Virus record (IMG/VR): IMGVR_UViG_3300035210_000151
Strand: one strand, 5' to 3'
Source: a virus
Taxonomy: Duplodnaviria; Heunggongvirae; Uroviricota; Caudoviricetes
Length of the DNA stretch: 64,000 nt
Shown here: positions 36,034-46,937 of the stretch, piece by piece
Layout: every line of letters starts with the position of its first letter
Numbering within the stretch: the stretch's first letter is position 1
Program-made: the position numbers and the translations under genes
The notes under the pieces: generated by a model
Told to the model about the DNA's origin: nothing
Databases searched by the model: none
The model's input: only the letters and a program-made list of their open reading frames with translations

Positions 36034-36957
36034 TTATATTTTAATCATCTCTACCAGCATAAAATAATCTTTTAATTCATCTGCAGATAAATTATCTAAT
36101 TCAGTTTTCTTAATTTTCAATGTTTTAGAAATTGTTGTTTTTATTTCATTTTCGATTTCACCCTTAAAATATTCAGCTAACTTGTCTTTTTTTAAAGGCA
36201 TTGAAATTATTTTATCAATAGGTGTTATTCTCAACGACTCAGAATCCCCCACCAAATAAAGTATATCACCACCTGCTAGTGGAAGAACATAAGTGTTTTT
36301 ATTCGTTGCTGATGTAGGTAGTTTTATTTGAAAATAGATATTTACTTCATTCATTGAGTCTACTAAATAAACTACATTTATACATATAAACGATTTTTTA
36401 AAATGTGTTCCGTTTTTTCCTGTTCCCTTTTGAAGCACATTATTAAATTTAATACTCGCATAGTTTTTATCCCATAGCTTTATTTGTCCATGATAATGAT
36501 TGATATGCATATGAGAAATCATGTGTTTTTTATATTTTTTCACATCAACACTGTTAAACATGCCAGAATGAAGACCTTGTTCAATAAAAATATCAATAAT
36601 CTCAATAACTCTGTCAAAATCAGGGGTATAAGTTGTTTGTAAAAATTCAGCAATCTCTTTGCTTTTTTGGAATCTCTCAGCAACAGATTCTCCATTGTAA
36701 TGGGTCATCTTAGATTTCAGATCTTTTTCGAATGAAACATAGGGATAAAACTTCTTTCTAATCATGTTGTCTTTTTTTGGACCATAAAATTGTGTTATTA
36801 ATTGCCAGCCTTCGTCAGCTTGTGCTATATATTTTGTAGATTCAGAATCATTAAAACCATCGTAATATTCATCTGTGTATTTTGAGTATTTAAACAACGG
36901 CTCAAATATTTTGAGTATGTTATTGGCCTCTTGATAATTCTTGTATGAGTTAAACAT
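36034..36957 (-). CDS. ~300 aa paralog family member 3
   Basis: MFNSY start; ends ELKDYFMLVEMIKI. Confidence 0.85.
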   Translation of the reverse strand: MFNSYKNYQEANNILKIFEPLFKYSKYTDEYYDGFNDSESTKYIAQADEGWQLITQFYGPKKDNMIRKKFYPYVSFEKDLKSKMTHYNGESVAERFQKSKEIAEFLQTTYTPDFDRVIEIIDIFIEQGLHSGMFNSVDVKKYKKHMISHMHINHYHGQIKLWDKNYASIKFNNVLQKGTGKNGTHFKKSFICINVVYLVDSMNEVNIYFQIKLPTSATNKNTYVLPLAGGDILYLVGDSESLRITPIDKIISMPLKKDKLAEYFKGEIENEIKTTISKTLKIKKTELDNLSADELKDYFMLVEMIKI

Positions 36958-36983
36958 AATATTCTCCAAAACGTTCCATTCAA

Positions 36984-37913
36984 TTAAATCTTCAGCATTT
37001 CAACGAGTACAAAATACTCTTTCAATTCTTCTGGTGTTATTCCATCCATATCTGACTTATTAATTTTCAGTGTTTTAGAAATAGATGTTTTCATTTCTTT
37101 GTAAAACTCTTTATCAAAAAAATCTTTTAACTCTGTTTCGTCCATTGAAATTGAAGGCAATGTATCAATGCATTCTCTTCTCAATTTGTCATCGTTTGCC
37201 ATAAAATAGACAATAGCCTTTCCTGTTAATGGAATCACACAGGTTGCTTTTCGAGACTCTGAATATGGTAATCTTATTTTGAAATAAGGGTGCATTGTGT
37301 TATCAGAGTGAGCTAGATAATCAATAGATACACTAATGTAGGATTTTTTGTAGTGAGTAGTGCCACGATAACCAGAAACCCCTTTCTGCAGGATATTATT
37401 AAAAGTTACTGTACCAAAGTTATTGTCACCAATGGTAATAGTTCCAGAATAATGATTGGTGTTTAAATGAGTTTTCATCACTTTTTTGTATTTTCTCACT
37501 GCAAGGCTTTTAAACAGTCCACATTCAATTCCTTTCTCAACAAAGAGTTTAAGAACAGTAAACATTCTATCAAAATCTGGATTGTAGGTCTTTTGTAAGA
37601 GTTCCACAATTTCTTTGCCTTTAAGTCTTCTGTCTTTGTGTTGATCTTCGTCAAAATTACGAACACGATCTCCCAGTTGTTTAAATTTAATTTCTGGGTA
37701 GTAGGACTTTTGATCACTTTTTGAATTTTTTTTGTTATAAAACTCAATATACAATTCCCAATTATCATCAGTTATTGCCGTATAGGTTGTGACAGAGATG
37801 TTGAAATCCGTATAGGGCTTGAACTCTTCATTAAATTTGACAAAATTGAACACTTTTGAAAACAGAGTGACCAGATGATTGGCTTCTGGGTGGTTCGGAT
37901 AGGTATTAAACAT
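36984..37913 (-). CDS. ~300 aa paralog family member 4
   Basis: MFNTY start; ends ELKEYFVLVEMLKI. Confidence 0.85.
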   Translation of the reverse strand: MFNTYPNHPEANHLVTLFSKVFNFVKFNEEFKPYTDFNISVTTYTAITDDNWELYIEFYNKKNSKSDQKSYYPEIKFKQLGDRVRNFDEDQHKDRRLKGKEIVELLQKTYNPDFDRMFTVLKLFVEKGIECGLFKSLAVRKYKKVMKTHLNTNHYSGTITIGDNNFGTVTFNNILQKGVSGYRGTTHYKKSYISVSIDYLAHSDNTMHPYFKIRLPYSESRKATCVIPLTGKAIVYFMANDDKLRRECIDTLPSISMDETELKDFFDKEFYKEMKTSISKTLKINKSDMDGITPEELKEYFVLVEMLKI

Positions 37914-38028
37914 AATATACTCCAAAAATATTTAATAATTGTATCATAAATAAATATTGATTGCTATTTTTTTTGCAATAAAAAAAGACCTTTCTTAAGG
38001 TCTTTTATCGGACTTCATGAAAAGTCAG

Positions 38029-38970
38029 TTAAAACTTTACCATTTCTATTAGAATGAAATGGCTTTTCAATTCATCATCGGTCATTTTAACTAATTCAGT
38101 TCTTTTTATTTTCAGGGTTTTAGAAATGACATTTATTATTTCTTTTTTAAAGTTATCTCTAAAGAATAATTCTAAATAAGCATTGTCAGTTGGGTGTTCT
38201 TTAAGGTTGTCAATATAGTCTTCTTTCAAATGACTGTCTTCACTGACAAAATACATTTTTGAACAATCAAAAGAAAGAATGCAGTGTATTTTTTTGTGTG
38301 ATGAATAGGGTAATTTAATTTTGAAGTATGGGTTAATTTTATTATCTTTACTAATGAGATACAAGAAATCTATACTTAAATGAGATTTTTTAAATTTCGT
38401 TTCATTTGCTCTTAATGTTTGCAGCACATTATTAAAAGTTATTTTTGCAGCGACTCTGCTGTTAAAAAACAACCTATTGTAACCATTGTAGGTGTTTTCA
38501 TACCTGTAAAATTGCGTGCTAACATCTCCATTATGTGGAATTACTTTCACACTATTATAGATACCTGTGTTAATACCTTGTTGAAGATAGATTTCAATTA
38601 TCTCCATCGCTCTTTTAAAGTCAGGTTTATATATTTTTTGAAAGTGCTCCATTATTTTTTCTGCTTGTAGCTTATTAGCGATTTCTTCATCAGGTGTTGC
38701 TGGTCTTTTAACACCTTTGTAATCAGAATGGTCTTGTTTTCTATTTTTTTCAAATTCTACAACAGGGTAATAGTATTTCGAATCAAGACCTTTGGCTTTA
38801 TCTGTTTCAAACGTTGCTGTAATACTCCAATTATCATCAGTAGTTGCCACATAGGCTATTGAGTCATACCACTTATGTTTAGTTTCATCGAAGTCTACAA
38901 TATTTAATACAGGTTTAAATAATTTAACCAATTGATTGATTTCTTCATGATTATGGTGTTTTTCAAACAA
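38029..38970 (-). CDS. ~300 aa paralog family member 5
   Basis: TTG start after GGAG (MFEKH); ends ELKSHFILIEMVKF. Confidence 0.8.
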   Translation of the reverse strand: MFEKHHNHEEINQLVKLFKPVLNIVDFDETKHKWYDSIAYVATTDDNWSITATFETDKAKGLDSKYYYPVVEFEKNRKQDHSDYKGVKRPATPDEEIANKLQAEKIMEHFQKIYKPDFKRAMEIIEIYLQQGINTGIYNSVKVIPHNGDVSTQFYRYENTYNGYNRLFFNSRVAAKITFNNVLQTLRANETKFKKSHLSIDFLYLISKDNKINPYFKIKLPYSSHKKIHCILSFDCSKMYFVSEDSHLKEDYIDNLKEHPTDNAYLELFFRDNFKKEIINVISKTLKIKRTELVKMTDDELKSHFILIEMVKF

Positions 38971-39054
38971 GGGATTCTCCAAATTATTAATATAAATATC
39001 ATAACATTAAAAACAACAAATACCATTGTATACGGATAATTTGATAGACTATTT

Positions 39055-39960
39055 TTACAACTCCATCATCTCAACCAGAGTAAAATAGTCTTTTAATTCC
39101 TCGCTGGTCAATCCGTCTAACTCTTTTTCAGTAATTTTAAGGGTTTTAGAAATAATGTATACCATTTCATCTTTAAATTGATTTTTAAAAAATGATTTTA
39201 GAGAAGCAGGATCGGATGAGAACTTCATTACCTGATTAAAATAACCTTCTTTAAAAACGTTGTCTGCGTTGGTAAAATAAATCGTTGATTCGCCAGACAA
39301 TGGAATGACACACGTCACTTTACGTTCAGTAGAATAAGGAATTCTAAGGACAAAATATGGTTTCATTTTATTATCGTCACTGACTATATGCATAATTTTT
39401 ACACTAATAGTTGCCTTTTTAAAAGCCGAGCTGTTTTTTCCTGAACCCTTTTTAAGAACATTGTTAAATGTTATATTTGCGATATTTTTTTCACAAAATC
39501 TCAAGTTTTTATAATAATCATCCACAATAAAGTGAGAACTCATACTTGGAGTGTATTTTTTCATCTCAACAGAGTGAAATAAACCCGATTTAACACCTTC
39601 GTCTATAAACAGTTGAATGACAGTTTTCACTTTCTCAAAATCAGGTTTATATACTTTTTCAAATTGTTCAACAATTTTTTTACATGTATTCTTTTTTTCA
39701 AACGTCATATAATTGTTTTTCAATTTTTTAAAGGTTATTTCTGGGCAAAAATGTTTGTGATTTTGATTCGCTAAGAATCTGTTATGGAAAGAAACAATTA
39801 GACTCCAATCATCACTATTTGTGGCTTCATATACTGACTCACCGATATCAGTTTGATACTTTTTCTTGTTATCTTCTTTAAAACTAGAAAACACAAATAA
39901 TGGTGACAATTTTTCAACAAGATCGTTTACTTCTGTATAGTTGGGCATTTCTGAAAACAT
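39055..39960 (-). CDS. ~300 aa paralog family member 6
   Basis: MFSEM start; ends ELKDYFTLVEMMEL. Confidence 0.85.
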   Translation of the reverse strand: MFSEMPNYTEVNDLVEKLSPLFVFSSFKEDNKKKYQTDIGESVYEATNSDDWSLIVSFHNRFLANQNHKHFCPEITFKKLKNNYMTFEKKNTCKKIVEQFEKVYKPDFEKVKTVIQLFIDEGVKSGLFHSVEMKKYTPSMSSHFIVDDYYKNLRFCEKNIANITFNNVLKKGSGKNSSAFKKATISVKIMHIVSDDNKMKPYFVLRIPYSTERKVTCVIPLSGESTIYFTNADNVFKEGYFNQVMKFSSDPASLKSFFKNQFKDEMVYIISKTLKITEKELDGLTSEELKDYFTLVEMMEL

Positions 39961-39993
39961 AATAATCTCCGGTGGTGAATTATTTCAATAATT

Positions 39994-40902
39994 TTAAATC
40001 TTAACCATTTCGACAAGAATAAAGTACTCTTTCAATTCATCATTTGATAAACCAGTTAATTCAGACTTCTTAATTTTTAATGCACCCACAATCACGTTCT
40101 TGACTTCATTTTGTAGTTCTTTTTCAAAGAAGTCTGATAATGATTTGTCATCCATTGAAACTTTTTCATTCAGGTTGTCCACATATTTTTCTTTTAACAC
40201 GTTATCTGTTTCGGCTATATACATTTTAGAGCTTCTGCTCAATGGAATGATACAAGTCACTTTCTTTGTTGCTGAATAAGGTAGTCGGATTTTAAAGTAA
40301 GGCTTTAATTCATTATCTGAGCTGACCAAATAAATGATTTCTATATTGATGTAAGCTTTCGTGAATGAACGACCTAAAGAACAATTATTTTTTTGAAGCA
40401 CTTTATTTAACATGACAGTCGCATAGTTAGTGCCATTAAATGATATCTTCTGATAATACTTGTGCATACCAAAGTAGTTACTGAGATGTTGCGTTTCATC
40501 TTTTAATTTCACATGATTAAACATACCAATATCAATACCTTTTTTTACAAAAATATCAATAAGGTTACGAACTTGATCAAAATCAGGGGCATAGTTATTT
40601 TGAAATAGTTCAGTGAGTTCAGCCACCTTGTCTAGTTTTATGGCAGTCAGATAATCTGATACAGTGCGTTCAAACCTAATTTCAGGATAATAATGTTTTT
40701 GATCGTGTTTGCTTCGAAAACGGTTATTGAATGATACAACCAGTTTCCAATTATCATCAGTGCTGGCACTGTAAATAGTGGAGCCAATATCTCGCTCATA
40801 GCTTTTATGATTCTCTTCATGAAAGGTTGTGAAATTAAATACTGATGAAACCTGTTCTACCAGTTTATTAACATCCTCACAATTCTTATATTTTTCAAAC
40901 AT
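39994..40902 (-). CDS. ~300 aa paralog family member 7
   Basis: MFEKY start; ends ELKEYFILVEMVKI. Confidence 0.85.
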   Translation of the reverse strand: MFEKYKNCEDVNKLVEQVSSVFNFTTFHEENHKSYERDIGSTIYSASTDDNWKLVVSFNNRFRSKHDQKHYYPEIRFERTVSDYLTAIKLDKVAELTELFQNNYAPDFDQVRNLIDIFVKKGIDIGMFNHVKLKDETQHLSNYFGMHKYYQKISFNGTNYATVMLNKVLQKNNCSLGRSFTKAYINIEIIYLVSSDNELKPYFKIRLPYSATKKVTCIIPLSRSSKMYIAETDNVLKEKYVDNLNEKVSMDDKSLSDFFEKELQNEVKNVIVGALKIKKSELTGLSNDELKEYFILVEMVKI

Positions 40903-40942
40903 AATTGGCTCCAAATAATTACCTAATTATAGCATACTTTCA

Positions 40943-41857
40943 TTAATATTGCACCATATCAATCAGTGTATAATATTGTTTTAATTCATCCATTGATAAA
41001 ACTCCTACTTCCTTTTTATCTAAATTAAGCTTTTTAGCAATGCTAATTCTCATTTCATTTTGAAAACACACTTTTAAGTAATCTTTAAAATCTTTTTCAT
41101 TATTAGAGATAGCTGTTAATGTATCAATGTATTTATTTTTCCACAATGCATCTTTTTCAAAAAGATAAAGTTCATTTTTATTTTCAAAAGACATCAAACA
41201 AGTCAGTTTCTTATCTGCATTGTAAGGCAGCGTTATTTTGAAATAAGGATGAAGCGTTTCATCAGAATGGACTAAATACACAATTTCCATTTTCAATAGG
41301 GATTTTTTGTAATGAGAATTTTGATATCCCTGCCCTTGCTGAAGAACTTTGTTGTGAATAATCATCATGACTTTTTTCTCAATAAAGCTTAATGTGCCGT
41401 GACGGTGACTATCAATAGTTAGATGACTAGTCATTTGAGGTGAATAGCATAACTCTTCGTTATTTATGATAAGACACGATTCAATACCTTGTTCGACAAA
41501 CCATTTGATAATTGTCATAGGAAGACTAAAATCAGGGTTATACTTTTCGTGTATTCTTTCACTCAGGGATTCTGCAAAATCGTAAAGTGCATAATTTCTG
41601 ACGTTATTAAAATCTTTGTTAGTAACTGATATCTCTGCTTTATATTGTTTTTTAGCAGTCTTTTCTTTTGTGTTGCTTCGAAAGCGAATCAGAAAATTCC
41701 AGTCATTATCAATCGTGGTTGCTTTATAATCAGTACATCCAATGTCACGATTCATATTGAATCCATTTTCGACATTAAGACTTTTAAATTGATAAAAGTC
41801 TTTAAATTGTTCTAAAAAGTGATAAGCTTCTTTGCTATTGGGATATTTTTCAAACAT
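40943..41857 (-). CDS. ~300 aa paralog family member 8
   Basis: MFEKY start; ends ELKQYYTLIDMVQY. Confidence 0.85.
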   Translation of the reverse strand: MFEKYPNSKEAYHFLEQFKDFYQFKSLNVENGFNMNRDIGCTDYKATTIDNDWNFLIRFRSNTKEKTAKKQYKAEISVTNKDFNNVRNYALYDFAESLSERIHEKYNPDFSLPMTIIKWFVEQGIESCLIINNEELCYSPQMTSHLTIDSHRHGTLSFIEKKVMMIIHNKVLQQGQGYQNSHYKKSLLKMEIVYLVHSDETLHPYFKITLPYNADKKLTCLMSFENKNELYLFEKDALWKNKYIDTLTAISNNEKDFKDYLKVCFQNEMRISIAKKLNLDKKEVGVLSMDELKQYYTLIDMVQY

Positions 41858-41893
41858 AGATAACTCCAAATAATTATTGATTACGATAAAAGT

Positions 41894-42811
41894 TTAAATG
41901 TTTACCATTTCAACAAGCACAAAATATTCTTTCAATTCATTAATGGTTAAGTCTTTCAAATCTGTTTTACTAATTTTCAAGCGAGTAGAAATTGTATTTT
42001 TGATTTGCCTCTCAAAGAGTTGTGTGAACAGGTCTTTGAGCTTACATTCAGTCAATGCTTCTGGTGTTTGTTGGTCAACGTGGTATTTATCCAAATGACC
42101 ATCATCCAAAAAGAAATACACTTTATCTCCCAACATAGAGAGAACACAACTGATTTTCTTATTTTCAAAATACGGCAACCGAAGTTTAAAATAAGGGTGC
42201 ATTGTATTATCAGAATGCACCAAGTAGATAAAATCTACATTGATGTAAGATTTCTTAAAATGTTTTGACTGGATACCTTCGCCTTTTTGAAGGACATTAT
42301 TAAAATATACATCGGCCACGTTTTGATCTGTAATATGAATTTTATTGTCATAATAATGAGCTAAAATATGTGATTCCATACTTTTTTTGTAGTATTTTTT
42401 ATCCACTACGTTAATAACGCCTGCTTGGGTGCCTACATCAATGAACCAATCCATAATTTCAGTAATTCTATCAAAATTAGGCGTATACATTGTTTCTAAC
42501 ATGCGAACAATCGTTTGAGCGTCATTTCTAATTTTATCAGAGTTGAACACTTGAACTTCATTGTCAACAAAAACGAGTTTGGCGATCTTATGTTTCCGTT
42601 GTGTTTGATTTTTATGTGTTTCGAGTGGGTTCATGAAGATGACTTCAAGATCCCTTTGACCTGCTTGTGAAGTGGCTTCATACACAGTTTTAAAGACATA
42701 ACCATGCCTGTCAGCGTAGTTTGCTTCTTTGAAATTACTGAATTTAAAATCATTTTCGAACGACTCCAAAAGAGCATTAACTTCAAGATGATTGGGATAG
42801 ATTTCAAACAT
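41894..42811 (-). CDS. ~300 aa paralog family member 9
   Basis: MFEIY start; ends ELKEYFVLVEMVNI. Confidence 0.85.
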   Translation of the reverse strand: MFEIYPNHLEVNALLESFENDFKFSNFKEANYADRHGYVFKTVYEATSQAGQRDLEVIFMNPLETHKNQTQRKHKIAKLVFVDNEVQVFNSDKIRNDAQTIVRMLETMYTPNFDRITEIMDWFIDVGTQAGVINVVDKKYYKKSMESHILAHYYDNKIHITDQNVADVYFNNVLQKGEGIQSKHFKKSYINVDFIYLVHSDNTMHPYFKLRLPYFENKKISCVLSMLGDKVYFFLDDGHLDKYHVDQQTPEALTECKLKDLFTQLFERQIKNTISTRLKISKTDLKDLTINELKEYFVLVEMVNI

Positions 42812-42931
42812 AGCATTCTCCACAAATATTTGTCATATTATACCATAAAACATTAAAAATTACTATTTAAACAGACAAAAAAACCTCCGAAGAGGCTTTT
42901 TATTTATTTCTTAACTGTTCCTATGAGAGCA

Positions 42932-43624
42932 TTAAAACTTCTTAAACATTCCCTTAAGAACATTAAAGGCTTCTTCACAATCTTCTTCATAAGGTACATG
43001 CATACTTTTTGTCCAAACCTTACCTGTCATGTTAAGGAAAGCGTTCATGAAGCGAACCTCAGCCATATAATCCAGATGTTCTTCTTTAAAGTTATCTGGA
43101 ATTACATAGTGGGATACCAGATTAGATGGCAATGTATCAACGTAGTTCATCGGTTTTAGATCTCGTGCCATTTTAGCAATGGGATCAGTTTCAACGTAGT
43201 TTTTTAACAGTTTCTGATATTCTGTGAAATTGATCATTTCCATTTTATTAGTGTTATAGCTGTTTAGAACTTTGAGATCATTTAAAACTGAATCAAAAAC
43301 ATGTTCATGACAAGCAAAAAAATCAATAATGTATTCTTTCTCATTGATGGTAACGACCTTATCATCACCACGAAGCCAGTCAAATTCTTCCCACGTCAGT
43401 GAACGACCCATTATTGATGATATCATATCCATCATGACCTCACCACGTTGTTTATCTCGAATATAGAAATCTTCGCTAAACTCACCTCTCACTGCAATAG
43501 GAAATGGATGAGCGTTTTCATTGGCGTAAGCGGTTTCAACATATTTCTTTCGTATAAGAATAGGAATGACAACCGCGTTTGGGCTGTCATAGAAGGGAAA
43601 GCTAGTAATTGAGCAGTTTCTCAT
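42932..43624 (-). CDS. Hypothetical protein
   Basis: GAGGA RBS; terminator follows at about 42877-42901. Confidence 0.75.
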   Translation of the reverse strand: MRNCSITSFPFYDSPNAVVIPILIRKKYVETAYANENAHPFPIAVRGEFSEDFYIRDKQRGEVMMDMISSIMGRSLTWEEFDWLRGDDKVVTINEKEYIIDFFACHEHVFDSVLNDLKVLNSYNTNKMEMINFTEYQKLLKNYVETDPIAKMARDLKPMNYVDTLPSNLVSHYVIPDNFKEEHLDYMAEVRFMNAFLNMTGKVWTKSMHVPYEEDCEEAFNVLKGMFKKF

Positions 43625-43683
43625 GAGTTGTCCTCTTGTAGTGTGTCGATTATACCATAGAACAGCCTAAAAGAAAACCTTAT

Positions 43684-44190
43684 TTAATAATTTGACCCGA
43701 GCATATAATGATTATAAAATTCAGCTTTTACTTCAAACTGAACCTTAATTTCGTATTTTACAAGCGTTATATACAGTTTTGTATTATTAGTTGATAGCTG
43801 TGGTTGTTTGACTTGAAATCCTTTTTCTTCTAAAATTATCAAGGATTCACAAAGTGCTTTTTTAGTATTATTATTTGCCAATTCTGATATCAATGACGAT
43901 ATATCTTTAAAATCAACAAAATCAGAGCTTTTATTTTGTTGTAGTGTATTCATTACTTCCACTCTGGCGTAGTTAAAATCTTTATCATTGTCTTTTATAA
44001 CATTAAAAGGATAAGGTGTTTCTCCAAAATAGAAAGAAGCTGCCTGACCCGTAAATTCTACATCATCAATAATGACATTAGTGGTGTCGCTTGTTATGGT
44101 TAGGGGTTCGGATCTGCTTTGACCTAACAAGAATGCCAATACTTTGGCTAATTTTACACAGGTTTCTTTATCTTTAATAGCTTGGCTCAT
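43684..44190 (-). CDS. Hypothetical protein
   Basis: GAGGA RBS. Confidence 0.7.
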   Translation of the reverse strand: MSQAIKDKETCVKLAKVLAFLLGQSRSEPLTITSDTTNVIIDDVEFTGQAASFYFGETPYPFNVIKDNDKDFNYARVEVMNTLQQNKSSDFVDFKDISSLISELANNNTKKALCESLIILEEKGFQVKQPQLSTNNTKLYITLVKYEIKVQFEVKAEFYNHYMLGSNY

Positions 44191-44204
44191 TTTAATATCC
44201 TCAG

Positions 44205-44987
44205 TTATTTAAACATGGTTTGCAATTCTTTAAACTTTTCATCATTCTTTATGTCTTGAATAGTTTTTAGGTTGTCATTTATCTCTTTGTTTTCAAAATA
44301 AACAGTAATAGCATCCATATAGTTACTATCATTACGGTCATCAATCACTTTTATAATACTCTTATCTTTGGTATAAACATTTCTGTTGAGATTATCTTCT
44401 GCTAGAAATGAAAAGAATGGTTTATCTTCTTCATAGCCTAATGCAATAAGCTCTTTTCTAAATTTTTGTTTAATGTAATCTTTTTGTGTTCTTGTTATGT
44501 TTTCATCATTTTTAGTCATATCACCATTGGCATAGTTAAATTCAAACTTTGATTGTATCTTAATATTTAATTTAACTTTGGTAACATAACCATACGAATA
44601 ATCATAAGAAACATTATAATTACCTTTTTCATTGGTAATATTTAAATCATTGTAGGCTGATTTTGCAATATTTAGTTTTAATATGGAACCACCTTCAACT
44701 GTTTTTATTGATTCTATATAAGGAGTTAACACTTCATATTTATTAAGGCTTTGAAAATAAAATCTTCTTTCTTTTTCTTTCGAATACATACCCTTTTTGT
44801 TGAAAAAATTATAATTGTCTGTTTCTTCAGGTATGAATATTTCAATGGAATCTTTTTTACCCGGTAATTCTATTAAAGTCTTTATATTAGGTGGAAAACT
44901 TATTGAGGTTTCATTTATTGATGGCTCGCTGGCTAAAACATTCACAGATATGAACAGTCCAGCAAAAAATGTTAAAAATTTGTTCAT
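44205..44987 (-). CDS. Exported hypothetical protein
   Basis: Start moved to MNKFLTFF after AAGGAG; signal peptide (VLA-S). Confidence 0.7.
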   Translation of the reverse strand: MNKFLTFFAGLFISVNVLASEPSINETSISFPPNIKTLIELPGKKDSIEIFIPEETDNYNFFNKKGMYSKEKERRFYFQSLNKYEVLTPYIESIKTVEGGSILKLNIAKSAYNDLNITNEKGNYNVSYDYSYGYVTKVKLNIKIQSKFEFNYANGDMTKNDENITRTQKDYIKQKFRKELIALGYEEDKPFFSFLAEDNLNRNVYTKDKSIIKVIDDRNDSNYMDAITVYFENKEINDNLKTIQDIKNDEKFKELQTMFK

Positions 44988-45115
44988 GGTTAAATCTCCT
45001 TTTGCAAAGAAATATACCTTAAGGAATAGAAAAGTCAATTTTTACAAAGAAAAAACTGGATTATTTAATTATATTTGATACTATATTGAGACTTGTTATA
45101 TTGTGGAGAATGATT

Positions 45116-45637
45116 ATGGAATGTGTAGTTAAGATACAGTTAAAAGAAAATGCACCTATCAAGAAAATCCTTGGTATCTTTAAAGTCAATAAAGCGAAAG
45201 AACGAGCTTCATTACTGGAAAAAGACAATGAGTATTTTAATCTTAAAAATGTATTGTCTATTCCTTATGGGATGCTAGGCGAAGATCCTCAAATTGTTAT
45301 GGACTTCATTGTCTTTAAACTCACCGAAGCTTATGGCGTTCCTGAACTTCATGTGACTTCTGGTCAATCTTTGCCTTGTTATTATATCAATAATACCAAA
45401 ACTTTTCTAACGATGGACAACGAGCTGCAGCCTTATGGTATTAAGTTAGATGATTTCACACATTTAACCATTGAAGATGCAATTGCATTAAGGAATGATA
45501 AGACCGTTGACCATTCTATTGGCTTTGTGGAAAGTCGAACAATCATAGACAGCCAGTCAGAAGGGATTAAAACAGAAGTTAAAGACGCCATAGAACGAGC
45601 TGAATTCATTCTTTATGACCATTTGGACAAAAAATAG
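45116..45637 (+). CDS. Hypothetical protein
   Basis: GGAG RBS before ATG 45116. Confidence 0.65.
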   Translation: MECVVKIQLKENAPIKKILGIFKVNKAKERASLLEKDNEYFNLKNVLSIPYGMLGEDPQIVMDFIVFKLTEAYGVPELHVTSGQSLPCYYINNTKTFLTMDNELQPYGIKLDDFTHLTIEDAIALRNDKTVDHSIGFVESRTIIDSQSEGIKTEVKDAIERAEFILYDHLDKK

Positions 45638-45700
45638 GCTTCATTATTTTAATATTGGTTTTTTATGTTAAAATTGGTATATTGAACATGAGATTTTAAT

Positions 45701-46342
45701 ATGGAACCTATTGAGTTAAGAAAGGATTTGTTGATTTGGATTGATTTGGAAACCACAGGTCTTGATGAAGATGACAATCTGAATGGTGTTCATACTCATA
45801 AAATCCTTGAAGTTGGAATGCACATCACTGACGCCAACTATAATATTATTGATAAAGGCTTTGAAATTGTTATTCATCATAAAGAATCTGACGTATTGGC
45901 GTTGATGAGTGATTATGTAAGAGATATGCATACTAACAATGGACTACTTGAGAAGGTTAAGAATTCTCCATTTTCTTTGGCTATGGCCGAAAAGATGATG
46001 TTAGATTATGTGAAAGATTTTAATATTTCACCACGTTCGAGTCCGATTTGTGGAAACAATGTGGGATTTGATAAGAACTTCATTACGGCACAAATGCCTA
46101 CTTTTGATAAGTTCCTACACTACCGCAAACTTGATGTCAGCAGCTTTAAAGAAGTCGCATGGAGACAATATCCAGAGATTGCTGCTCAACTTCAAAAGCC
46201 TAACAAGCATAGAGGACTTGATGATATTCAAGAATCCATTAAGGAATTAAAATTCTATTTAAATAATCTCTTCATACCACAAACACCTAAAATAGAAGAC
46301 AAACCTGAAACACCACAAAATATTAAAAAATTTAAACCTTAA
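45701..46342 (+). CDS. orn: Oligoribonuclease (DEDDh 3'-5' exonuclease)
   Basis: WIDLETTGL, ICGNNVGFDKNF, HYRKLDVSS, HRGLDDIQESIKELKFY. Confidence 0.92.
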   Translation: MEPIELRKDLLIWIDLETTGLDEDDNLNGVHTHKILEVGMHITDANYNIIDKGFEIVIHHKESDVLALMSDYVRDMHTNNGLLEKVKNSPFSLAMAEKMMLDYVKDFNISPRSSPICGNNVGFDKNFITAQMPTFDKFLHYRKLDVSSFKEVAWRQYPEIAAQLQKPNKHRGLDDIQESIKELKFYLNNLFIPQTPKIEDKPETPQNIKKFKP

Positions 46343-46350
46343 TTCAAGTT

Positions 46351-46377
46351 AAAAAAAAGCCTCATTACGAGGCTTTT
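46351..46377. terminator. Bidirectional terminator
   Basis: A8-GCCTC-ATTAC-GAGGC-TTTT. Confidence 0.75.
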
Positions 46378-46937
46378 GTTTTGGTGAGATATTCTTTCAA
46401 TTCGGCACCACTGGCAAACGTGTCTTTAATATCTTCTTTCTTGATATTCTTACGTTTATCTTGAAGCTTGATAGCACCATCTTTAACACTGACGGCCAAG
46501 AAATCTACTGACTTGTCTTTGTTTTGGAACGCTACTGAGAAGGATTTCAAACCACCCAAGGAACCTTGGAATGCATTAATCTTCCATTGTGCGTCTTTGA
46601 ACACTGATTTATTCAGGTCAAACATAAAGCGGAACAGATCAACTTGATTGCTAACTTCTTGTTCCAGACCATTTTTCAGTTCAACAACATAAGTGTCATC
46701 GTTGTTTTTAACGCTCTGAATGGCTTCATCTACTGACTTGTAACCATGCTTCAGTTCAAACAGTTGACCAACATGGAACCCAACAAGGTTCTTTTTAAAC
46801 CCTTCAATAAAAAAGGCAGAACGGTTGCTTTTACGAATCGACTGGTCTTTCTCTACAATCTTGATAGCTTCTTCCTTTGAATAGCCGCGTTTCTTCAACA
46901 CTTCTAGGGATTCACTTTCGTAATTTTGCATTGGCAC
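46365..46937 (-). CDS. Hypothetical basic protein
   Basis: CAGGAG RBS, 190 aa; start could be 46931. Confidence 0.75.
   Translation of the reverse strand: MPMQNYESESLEVLKKRGYSKEEAIKIVEKDQSIRKSNRSAFFIEGFKKNLVGFHVGQLFELKHGYKSVDEAIQSVKNNDDTYVVELKNGLEQEVSNQVDLFRFMFDLNKSVFKDAQWKINAFQGSLGGLKSFSVAFQNKDKSVDFLAVSVKDGAIKLQDKRKNIKKEDIKDTFASGAELKEYLTKTKAS

Noticed and set aside
32917-42811. Conserved gene ends as DNA recombination sites (integron-like cassettes)
   Set aside because: Synonymous codon variation in the conserved ends, no attC-like palindromes and no integrase in the window.
35057-42823. N-terminal ME-x-x extensions (MESF, MENI, MEYI, MENP, MEPI, MELS, MENA) as a conserved motif
   Set aside because: Artefact of reading the TTGGAG/GTGGAG Shine-Dalgarno as a start codon; true starts are 12 nt downstream.
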